Positions 14,401-26,400 of a stretch of 64,000 nucleotides of DNA are shown here, piece after piece. Under the pieces are notes generated by a model that saw nothing but the letters and a program-made list of their open reading frames with translations, ran no database searches and had not been told where the DNA came from. Every line of letters begins with the position of its first letter. Within the stretch, counting starts at the first letter, position 1. The position numbers and the translations under genes were made by a program. This DNA comes from Camelus ferus (Eukaryota): assembly GCF_009834535.1 (NCBI RefSeq), contig NC_045697.1, positions 54,562,001 through 54,626,000 of the forward strand. The letters are read 5' to 3'.

Positions 14401-17400
14401 GTAAGCAGGTTTTTAAGTGATCAGGCCTGCTACATTGACACTTCTTCTGCATAGAATGAATCTCTAAATACTATATATGTGTGTATATATATAGTTTTTC
14501 ATGTTTTTGTGTCTGTTCTGAGCTTTACATAAATGAGATTATATACTTCTGCAACTTGTTTGTTGTTTAGCTAAATCATTCATATTGCTGTAGTTTATTC
14601 ATTTCACTGTTGTATTTGTAATTTTATGTTATATGACTATATCATAATTTATCCAATCTTCTGTCAGAATAGGTTTTTAAAAGCTATTAGAATAATGTTT
14701 TTATGATAGCTTATATGAAATTTCAGTGTTACTAAACAATGTGAAATTGTTTTCTAAGTAGTTATTTAAGCTTGCATCTTTAACAGCTGATCTGTTGTTT
14801 TTAAATACTGTTTTTTTTCAGTTTAAAAGCAAATGTGTTTTATCAGAATTGGTAATTTAATAGAGCAGATCTAATGTTGTATCTCTTTTTAGACTCAGTG
14901 CCAGAAATCACATTCAAAGTCAGACCCAGTTTCTTCAAGAAAGAATGAAGCTTCCCTACAGTTAATTATAGAACCAAGTGAAGTTGTCAACAAATCAGGT
15001 TTGTAGCACCTCCATGGGTGATATTTGCCTACATATATTTAGAAAGGTAGAAATGCTGAAGGTAACATGTATGCTCGCTTAAATGACAAGGTCAGGGTCA
15101 GCCTGGGCAGAATTGTGAATGGATGAAGTTATTTTTGATTCCCTTTCACATCCATGGTCAGTGTTTTTTTTGTTTTTTTTGTTTTTTTTGACATGAGTAA
15201 TAAGTTTTATCTATTATCTCTTTCTTTGTTTTAGTGGTAGGAATGTTGCTTATTAGGATGTAGTGAGAGACATTAACTAATAATTATTACAGAGATCATA
15301 ACTTCAAGAGTTTTCAAATAGATTTCTTTTTTCTGTTTTTTTTTTTTTTTCCAGAACAACAATAAATATTTATTGTCTCACACAGTTTCTGTGGGTCAGG
15401 AATTTAGAAGCAGCTTTAGTTAGATGGTTCTGGCTTGTAATCTCTTAAGAGGTGGTAGTCAAGATGTTGGCCAGGGTTGCAGTCATCCGAAGGCTTGACT
15501 GGGCCTAAGGCTATATTTCCAGGATGTCTCACTCATGTGGGGCTGGTTGCTGGCAGGAAGCCTTTCTTCCCTCCCAGGTGGGCCTCTCCAGTGGCTTCTT
15601 GAGCAGTTTTTTTTTTTTTTTTAACTGAGGTATAATTGATATAACATTATATTAGTTTCAGTAATACAACATAAATGATTTGATAGTTGCATATATGTGG
15701 TCAGTATTCTTTTTCTCTCTTCTCCATTTTGTTCAGTTTCTTTTAGTCAGTTATATGTGCTGCTCCTTTTTAAAGTTTTATTTGCATTTTTTTCAAATTA
15801 GAAAAGTCCTTCATTTGAGGTAAGAGTCAAAGATTTAAAAGAAAAAGATACTTATCGTTACTGTCCTCATCCTGCTGAGATAGCTTTTGAATCCTTCCAT
15901 ATCTTCATTGGTTCTCCTGAGTGAAAACATATATATATATAAATAAATATAAATGTGTATGTACATGTGCACGCTTTCAGAAGAGGCTTTCCCAATTTTC
16001 TTTTATATCAGCAGTGTAAGAATCTTACCTACTAGGCTATTTATGATTCTACTTTTTTGCCAGTTTGATCAGTATTAAATGATCTCATTGTTACTTTAGT
16101 GTCTGTTTCTGTGATTATAACTGAGTTTGAACACCTTTTTATAAGTTTACTTTAATTGTCAAATATGTGGCTTTTTTCTTTTACAGCTTTTGAGTTTACT
16201 GTTTTGGTTAAAAGATCTTTTTTATCCTAAGTGTATATGTAATATCTTAGATTTTCATCTTAACATCTTTTTTTCTTTTTAATTTAAATTTTTAATCCAT
16301 CTGGAATGTGTTTTGGTATATAATGTGACATAATATTATAATTTAATTTTTTTCCCAGGTGGTCAGTTGTGCCAGGTCTATTTATTAATTAAATAATTCA
16401 TTCTCTTTGAATGTGCTACTTTCATCATGTATTAAATCTCACATATCATTCAATATACTTTTGAATTTTGTTTTATTTCTTTATTCTTGATGTCAACACA
16501 GTACTGCTTTACTAGTAGTTTTATAATATGTGCTGATATAAAGGTATTGATATTCACTATTCTTTCATTCTCAGACCTTTTTTCTTCTTATAAACTTTCA
16601 GTTTTATCTAATTTCTGATAAAATTTTATTGGGTTTTTAACTAAAAAATTACATTTAATTTGTATAGTAATTTTGTGAAAATTGATCTTTTTGTGTTATT
16701 TAAGTTTTCTACATGAGAACATATACATAGGTATTTATGTCCTTCAAAAGTGTATGAAGGGCACTATCAATAGCATGAAAGGATAACCCACAGAATGGGG
16801 GAAAATATTTGCATATAGTATACCTAATAAGAGCTTTATATCCAGAATATATAAAAAATTCCGGCAATTCAACAACAACAAAAGTAAACAACCCAGTTAA
16901 AAAGGGGACAAAGGACTTGAATAGACATTTCTCCAATTGGCCAATGAATGTGAAACAGTGGGTTAAATCCATTTTATTTGCATTGACTAATTGAGGTCAT
17001 TTAAGTCCTCCAAGTGACATGTAGCCTGAATAACAAGATGTTTGCCTGAGTTGTTTTTTAGGAAGGTGAGATCAGCTGCATTTAGTTTGAGCTGAGCTGG
17101 TTAAGACTATATAGGACCACTGGCCCTTCAGCTGGATGGGCTTGAAGGTCCACTTGGTGACCATTTGACCGTTTATTAGAGTCCTGCGCAGAATGACGAT
17201 TATTGCAACTTCTTTTTAATTACCTTTCCCCAAGCTCCCCACACTTTAGTCTCCCAGCTTGGCTGTCTTGTTAGTAAATCTCTTTGCTGCAAAACTCGGT
17301 GTCTCAGCATTTTGACTTGCTATGTGACTGACAAGTGGTTAGCAACTGCATGAAGAGTTGTTTAGCATATTAGTCAACAGAGAGAGTGCAAGAGAAGTGC

Positions 17401-20400
17401 AAATCAAAACCCCGGTGAGATAATGCTTTGTACATATTAGGATGGCTGTTATTTTTTTTAAAAATGAAAATAACAAATGTTGACAAGGATGTGAATAAAT
17501 TGTGCATTGCTGAATGTGCAGCCACAGTGGAAACAGTTTGGTGGTTCCTCAGGAAACTAAATATGAAGTAATATTTCTACTTCTAGGTGTATATTCAAAA
17601 AAATTGAAAATAGGGACTCAAACAGACACTTGTACCCTAGTGTTTGTAACAGTATTATTCACAATACTTGAAAGGTGGAAACAACCAAAGTGTACCATTT
17701 ACAAGTGAATGGACAAGCAATGTGGTACATGTGTGGAGTGGAATATTATTCAGCCATGAAAGAATGAAATTCTGATGTATGCTGCAACATGGAAGAACCT
17801 TAGAATCATTGTGCTTGAGAAATATATTCATTTAGTGACATAAATTTCCCTACCTACTGCTGTAGCTGCATCCCACAGACTTTGATATGTTGTGTGTTCT
17901 GTTCATTTTTATTTCTGTGTATTTTTTAAAAAATCCTTTGAGACTTTCTCTATAACCCATTGATTATTTAGGAGTGTGTTAATCAAAGTGTTTAAGGTTT
18001 TTCCCTTAGTGATTTCTTGATTTCTTTATGGCATAGCATATGCTATGTGATTTCAATTCTTTTAAATTTGTGAAGGTTTATTTTATCTTTATGAATATTT
18101 CATGGGCACTTAAAAATATGTATTTTGTTGTTGAGTGTAGTTGACCATAAATATCAATTATGGTGTATTACTAATTTTTACATTGTTAGATGTAATTTGC
18201 TAAACTTTTGTTGAGAATTTTTTTCATCTAAGTTAATGAGAGAGAGTGATTTGTAGTTTTCTTTCTTATGCTCTATTTGTGTGGCTTTAGTATTAAGGTA
18301 ATGCTCATCAACCTTATAAAATGAGTTAGATTTTATTCCCCCTTCTAATTTCTGAAAGGGATTATATAAAATTGGTTTTAATTCTTTAAATTTTTGGTAT
18401 AATGTTTCTCAGTGATATCATCTGGTCTGTGGGATTTCTTTTTCAAGAACTTTTAAGTTACAAATTCAATTCTTTAATAGTTATATAGGACTGTTTAGGT
18501 TATTTATTTAATCTTGGCACAATTTTGATAGTCTATGGTTTTTGAAGAATTGATCCATTTCTTCTAAGTTGTTGAGTTTATGAACTTAAAGTTGCAGCAG
18601 TATTACCCTGTTATTTTTTTAATGGCTGCAGGATCTGTCGTGATATACCATTTTATTCCGGATATTGGTGGTTTGTGTCTTGTCTTTTTATCTTTGCTAA
18701 TTTTGTTAGAGGTTTATCATTTTTATTCACTTTTTAAAAAGAGCTAGCTTCTTGTTTCAGTAGTTTTCTGTATTGTGTTCCTGTTTTCATTGATTTCTGC
18801 TCTTATTTTTTCTATTCTTGTCATTGGTTTAGTTTTATTTTGTTCTTTTTTTAAAATTTTTGAGGTAGAATTTTTTATTTTTATACTTTGGTTTATAATC
18901 CAGTAGTATTTTATTAATTTTGTTATTCAGATTGTTCCAGCTTTGGCTATTAGAAGCTCTTTGGCTCCTATGCCCCTTTGACAGACCCCATTTTTATTGT
19001 TTTATTGCTATTGTTCTTGAATACTTCCTTCCCATCTGGAACTACAGGATGGTCCAGGCTCATCTTACATATTTCCTGCCCCTATCATTGAATCAGCCAT
19101 TTCTCCAAGGACCCAATGGTTCTTCTTACTGAAGAATGGTATTAGGAACCAAGATCTTGTTGCTAGGTGTGTTGTCACTCGTGGGGTGTTACTGCTTTAG
19201 GACAGTCTTAACTGAGAGAGCAAGAAATATTTGTGTTTATCCTAACTGGTATGTATATACATATTTATAAATATTTTTCCGTGTAACTGTATCTGTATTA
19301 AGTTAAACATGAATTTAATTTTTAAAAATTATAGTAAAATAGTATCACATAAAACTTATCACTTTAAACATTTTTAAGTGTACAGTTCTTTGGCACTAAG
19401 GACATTCACATTATTTTCTGTCACCACTAAGCATCCACAGAACTTTTTCATCTTGCAAAGTTGACCTCTTTAAACTTCCACCCCCACTCTCCCAGCTTCT
19501 CGTAACTGTCATTCTACTTTCTGTCTCTGAATTTGACTGCTCTAAATACCTCATGCCAGTAGAACTGTGTAAATTTTGTCTTTTTGCAACTGGCTTATTT
19601 CACTTAGCATAATGTCCTCAAGTTTCAGCCATGTTGTAGCATGTGTCAGTATTTCCTTCCTTTTTTGTGTTTTGCTTTTGTTTTTTAATGTCGTATGGTT
19701 TATTTTATCATCTTTTAAAATTTTTAGGTCAAAAATTTTTTAATTGAGGTATAGTTAGTTTACTACATTGTGTCAGTTTCCTTCTTTTTTTAAAGCTGAA
19801 TAATATTTCACTCTATATCATATTTTGTTTTATCCATTTATCCATTGATGGACATTTAGGTAGTTTCCACCTCTTGTCTTTTGTGAATAATGCTGCTATG
19901 AACACGGGTGTACAAATACTTCTTTGCTTTTAGTTCTTTTGGATATATATGCAAAAAAAGATCATATAGTAATTGTAGTTTTAATTTTTTGAGGAACCAC
20001 CAAATGTCGTCCATACTGGCTGCATCATTTTACATTCCTACTAGCAATGCACAAGGATTCCAATTTTTCTGCATCTTCACCAGTACTTGTTATTTTCTTT
20101 CTTCTTTCCTTCCATCCTTCCTTCCTCCTTCCCTTGTTCCCTCCTTCCTTCCTTCCTTCCCTCCTTCCTTCCTTTGTAATAGCCTTTGTAATAGCCAATC
20201 TAATGAGTGCAAAGTAGTATCTTCCTGTGGTTTTTATTTGCTCGTCCTTATTGTTATTAGGGAATTTTAAAATTAAAGCAGTTAGATACCACTACACAAC
20301 TTTAAGAATGGCTAAAATCCAAAAAACTGGCTCTCTTTTGTAGCTCCTATTTCTTTGAGAGTGTCTGTGTTTTTATTTGTTTCAAGATAATTGAATGTTA

Positions 20401-23400
20401 AGATATTTTTATGGTGGTTACTTTAAATAAATTTTTGTTAAATAATTCCAGCAACTGATTCATCTTGTCCGTTTTGGCTTCCATTGATCATGTATTCTTG
20501 TTCAGGTTCTGTTTTTTTTTCGGTTTTTGGTATGTGAGTCATTTTGATTACAGCTTCAACATTTAGCTTATAATGTTAAGGGACTATTGTATTTCAGTCT
20601 TTTGTTATAGCACATAGTAGTCCTGTTTTGGTTTAATGTGTAGGTTCTTGCCTACTTTTGTCCTAACAGTGGTATTTTGGTTTGTTTCATTTTCTGATGC
20701 TACAGGGAATTCACCAATATTGTCTGTTGTTGCTTAAGGCTTCAGGTTAGCAAATGTACCTTCTTCCTTCCAGCTTTCAGAATTCTATTGCTGTTGTTTG
20801 TTTTAGTTGTATTTAAAGGGAAAAGCAGGAAGAAGTGAGTCTATATCATTTTGTTCCAGAACCAAAAGCCCTTTTTTGGCTGTATTTTAAATTTTTGATC
20901 TTTGCTTTTTAAGAGTATGAATCAGTATGAGAATGAGTTACTACTCAGCCATTCTACTTTTTCTTTCATATTTGAAGGTTGAGGGTTAAAAAATATATAT
21001 ATTCTCTTTATATAGCTATAAGGATATATCTATCTATATATTCTCTTTATATGTATATATAAAGATATATCTATATATGCATCTGTTCTGTGTATGTGTA
21101 AGTATAAAATTGTGCTCATCTAGCTGCCCTAGTTACCTGACTCTTAACCTAAAGATTGAATCTCATAATTTCTCTAGGATTACTTCATTATTTTAGCGTA
21201 TATAGATTGATTCAAATCTTAAAAATTTTTTTTTTTACTTTATTGTGGTAAGAACATTTCACATGAGATTTACCCTCTCAACAAATTTTTAAGTGTACAA
21301 TAGAGTTTCATCATCTATAGGCACAACATTGTACAGTAGATCACAAAAACTTAATCTTGTATAACTGAAACTTTATAGCTGTTAATTAGCAACTCCTTAT
21401 TTCTCCCTCCTTCCAGCCTTTGGCAGCCACTATTCTAGTCTTTCCTTCCATGAGTTTGACTATATTAAAATCTTGAATAAATTTACTATGTTAATGAAAT
21501 TGTGAATTTTCTATGTTTGAGGATTTTAGTCATTTCAAAACTATGGAACATGCACCAAATACACCTTCCAGTTAATTAATTCCATTAATTATAACTTCTA
21601 AAGTACTTATGGATTTTAATCATAGATCTTTGATTATAAATTTAATGACCTGTGGTCTTTGGGAAACTTTCTAATTGTTGCTGAATTTTAAAAAGCACAT
21701 TCGGTTCTAGTATTATTATTTACAGAGTTTTTAATATCTTCATAATTTTCTTCTAGTTCAGGCCCATGAGGTTCATCAGAAAATTTTGGCAACTGATGTT
21801 CATCCTAAAACTACATCTGACTCAAGAAAAATGTCAAATAAAAAACTAAAAGATCATCACAATGAAGCTGATGAGGAATTTTACTTATCTATTGGTTCAC
21901 CTTCTGGTCTTTTGGATGCAAAAGCACCTTTATTGCAAGAGGCTGTTCTGTCTGCTGCCCAAAAGAGAGAGACCTACACTTCTGAAAATTCAGTAAATAT
22001 GCTGCCTTCAAGCACAGAGATTTCTCATAAAACCAAAAAAAGGTGAATTTTTATTTATTTAAAAAGTATCAATCTTACTGTAAAAATTTTACCTTTTATA
22101 TTAAAAAGTGAGTAATTTAGGTTTATATATATGTGTGTGTGTGTGTGTATTTTTTTTTTTTTTCTTTTTAGTGGAGGTACTGGGTATTGAACCCAGGACC
22201 TTGTGCATGCTAAATATGCACTCTACCACTGAGCTGTACCCTCCCCTCTTAAGATTTTGCTACTCAAGGTGTGATCCGTGGCTTAGAATCAAGAGCAATG
22301 GCATTATCTAGATGCCAGTTAGACATCTTTAATTCTTTTTTCTTCTTTTTTATTTTAATCTATTTATTTAGTGAAAGTATTGGGAATTGAACCCAGGACC
22401 TTGTGCAGCTTTACCATTGAGCTATGCCTGTTTGAAATGTGGAATCTCAAATCCTATGCTAGACCTACTGAATCAGAATCTACATTTTAATAAGATTCTC
22501 CATATGATTCAAATTCATATTAAATGATTCAAATTCATATTAAATGATTCAAATTCATATTAAATGTTTGAGAACTAGTGCTCTAAGTTTTATATATATA
22601 TATATATCTTTGTTACATGATTTAACCATTCTTTTTCTCTTATTTTTTTCTATTGACAAATACAAAATTTATTTTTTCTGAGCAATTTGCAGTGTGTATT
22701 TTGTATAAGAGAAACACATCAGCATTTACAAATTTTAAATAACGGCCTGTTGGAAAATTCTTTAAATGGTTGTAGTCACTGTAAGAGAATTCAGGAAAAC
22801 TCTTAACTCAGCAAGTGGTGGGAACATTCAGCATGTCTTCTTTTTAACCTTTTAGGTTAAACTTTGAAGATAAGGATGTTTTGAAGAAAGTAGACATAGC
22901 AAATACAGTATCAGAGATAGAGGATAAAATACCAGAAGGATCACAAGAGAGTAAACAGTCAGGAACATCTCAAAAAAGAATACAAGATTCAAAATATGAA
23001 AATCAACCACAAGCTAGAAAGAGTTTTTCAACAATGTTTTTAGAAACTGTAAAAAAAAAAAGTGAATCCAGGTGAGTTATTAAGATACTGTGCACATTTT
23101 TCTTTCACATTGCATGAACAATATCTAATGTTTTTAATGCTGTTTAACTAGAAGTTAATCATAATTGACACAGTTTTTAACTGAAATTGTGCCTAACCCA
23201 TAAGGAGAGTGTAGTTTCATACCAGTAAATTAATCCTAAAGCCATCATCTAATGGATACTAAATCAGATGTGAAAGATAATAAGTTTATTCAGCTTTCAT
23301 TGCTTCTGCTCATCAGCAATTTCTAATATGTATGGTATCAAAGAATAAAGGCAGTATTTGGAAACAGAATTATGTCAGGGTGCCTGTATTTCACTATAAG

Positions 23401-26400
23401 GGTTTTAACTATTTTTTTCTATTTCTTTTGATTGTGTCAGTAAAAGGATAGTCCTAAAGTAAGTTTTAATCTGTTCCCTACTTAAAAACCTTCAGTGGTT
23501 CCACAGTGTCCATATGGTGATTATTAACTGTGGCTGCACATTAGAGTTAACTAGAATTCATGGCAGCTAAGGTTGAGAACCGCTGGTCTATAGTATAAAC
23601 ATCAGACTTGTCAGCTGGTATTTAAGGCCTTCACTGTCACTACTGAACTGTTTCTACCAACTTGGTTACGTACTTGGAGTTGTCCCGGCTTTGGCACACC
23701 TTTTTCCCTTGTATGCCAATCTGCATTTTCTTCCAAGGGCCATGGTAGGCTTCTGAATTTTTCCAAGTCCCACTCCAGTGTTTCTTAAAATAATTTCTTG
23801 CCTGTATTATAGTTTACCTCTTTTATGTATGTCTTTCTTAGTAGGTTAAGATACAAGCCCTTCTTTCCAGGAGTTTGGTTTCTTTTTTGTGATATCTGAA
23901 AGAATGCTAGTGAATATATTAGACAGGTTTTATAAAAACATGATGAATGAAAATTCCTCTTTTGTTCAATCTCTTTTCCCATAGTTGACTCCTCCTCCCA
24001 ACCCCCATTTCCCTCCCTCCTATACTCCCTGTCCCTGTATGTGTGTGTGTATAAATTCTGTGTATATATATATACACACACATATATGTGTGTGTGTGTG
24101 TGTGTATATACATAAACATCTTTTACTCCTTTTATGGATGTTGTCCCCACCATCTGATACAAATAGATTACACTTATGGGCTAATTATATCTATGTCCAA
24201 AAAAGTAAGTATTTAAAAAAATTTTTTTTTTTTTCAAATGAGCTAGTGCATAAGTGTTTAATTTCTATAACCAGATGTAACTACTCACTATTCCTGGTAC
24301 TTTTTTGCTTCTTTGCTTTTACTTACGCTCTTTTACTGCCTTTCTTGCATTTCCTCATGACCAAATCATAGCCATCCTTTAACATCCAACTCAAATACCA
24401 CAGTCTTTCTTGATTTTTCCATCTAGCCAGAAGTCATCTTTCTGTATTCTGAATTTTAATAGTGTTGTCTTGGTCCATTTGGGCTGCTATAACAGACCAA
24501 CATAGTCTGGGTGTCTTACTAACAATAGAAACTTATTTCTCACAGTGCTGGAGGCTGGGAAGTCCAAGATCAAGGCTCAAGTAGATTCAGTGTCTGGTGA
24601 GGCCTGCTTCCTGGTTCAGAGATGGCTGTCTTCTTGCTGTAACCTCAGATGGCAGAAGGCAGCCAGGGGGCTCTCTGGGGTCTCTTTTAGAAAGGTAGTA
24701 ATTCCATTAATGAATATTCCACCCTCATGACCTAATCACTTCCTAAAGGCCCCACCCTCAAATACCATCACTTTGGGGATTAGGTTTCAGTTTATGAATT
24801 TTGGAGGTATGTAAACATTTGATCTGTAGTGTCAAGATTGTTTCCTAAGAATATCTATGGTTTGAATAACTTTGAAATTATAGAAGTCTCTTGAAGTAGA
24901 ATAGAGGAGTGGATTTGGACAGTTCTTGTTGGCTGGTTTGGGAAGGCTTTATTTTTAAATACTTAATATTACTTCTTTAATATATGGAATTTATAGATAT
25001 TACAAATAATATACAATAAAACAAGTATATTTATAACATTTCTTTATATTGCTTTCTTTTAGATTTTCTAGTTTTCTAAGTATATAAACTTGTAAGACTC
25101 TACCTATTAGAAGACTATATTTCTTAGCATATATGTATATGCATACATACTTACATTATAAAATTTACCAGGGGTTTGAGATTAGAGAAGTAGAGAACAT
25201 ATTTTTATTTAATCTTTTTTTTGTATCTTAAAAAAGAGAAAAAAAAACTAGACATGGTAATCTAATTCTTCCTTTCTAGCATTTTTTCCGTTGTGTCTAA
25301 AAATAGTTATACATCCTTACTCAAGTGAAAAAGGCAGAAACAGGAGTACATATTCTAGCTTGTAATTGGGATGTGTTTATTTTTGCATATTCCACTCCAG
25401 TATGTGGTTTGCTCAAGGCTGTTGTCATAAAAAGGAAGGAAATACAAAATGAGTTCATCAGATTACCAACTTTTGAATAATTCCTTCCTTCTCTAGAAAG
25501 CTTTTCCAACTAATTGGAAGAGGTGCTATGTAATCCCAGTGTTTACCTTTCTAGATACACTCCATTTATTGCTATACTCTGATTACAGTATTAAAACACA
25601 TATGAAAATTTCTGTGATTTATCAAACTTAAAATGAATTTTTACATAAAATAATCTATAATTTAGCAGTGTTTTCTTGGAATATTAGACTTTATGATGTC
25701 TCAGAAATAATCTTATTTTGGATGTGAAGAAATTCAAGCCTCAAGAAATATCTATACAAACACAAATGGCATACATTTTTGTACTGTCAGTCAGTGTATC
25801 TGGGCTATCTCTGGGTTTCATCTGTTTAATATATGTAATGAGTGGAGGAACATCAAATTAGTTGATACCTAGGCTTCCTTCTAGCTCTAAATTCCTGTGA
25901 TCACATTAGTGTTATAAATGAGTGTGCTCAGATATTATAGAAATGTAAAAGGATGGAGTGATTTTAAAAGATAACGAAAAATGAGGAAATATGAACTGCT
26001 CTTTAAAGCAAAGGTAAAAGCTTTACTTTTTTTGAGCTATTATTTATTATAACATTTTGTTTTAGTTCTGTTGTTAGGCATATAGCAACTGCTCCACCTC
26101 ACTTATCTCCTACAAATAATACGAAGTTATTAGAAGATGAATTTATAATTGATGAATCAGATAAAAGTTTTGCCAATGAGTCTTGGATTACTATACCAAG
26201 AAAGGCTGGGCCTCTGAAACAACACACAGTATCCCCTGCTGAGAGCACTGCACCCCTTCAAAGGAAGAAGTCAAGAGAAAAACATGACAATGTATCATCT
26301 GCAACTTTCACAAGTAACAAACATTCTGGCAAAGCTCACTCAGTAGAGAAATCTCAGCCCTCTGAACAAAAAATACTGGGTAAGAGTTGTGCTTTGACGG

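Noticed and set aside
22504..22566. CRISPR-like direct repeats
   Set aside because: The units are head-to-tail with no spacers; this is a simple minisatellite.
23785..24371. ORFs of 125 and 128 aa on opposite strands
   Set aside because: They run through a TG/TA/CA microsatellite that yields low-complexity, stop-free frames.
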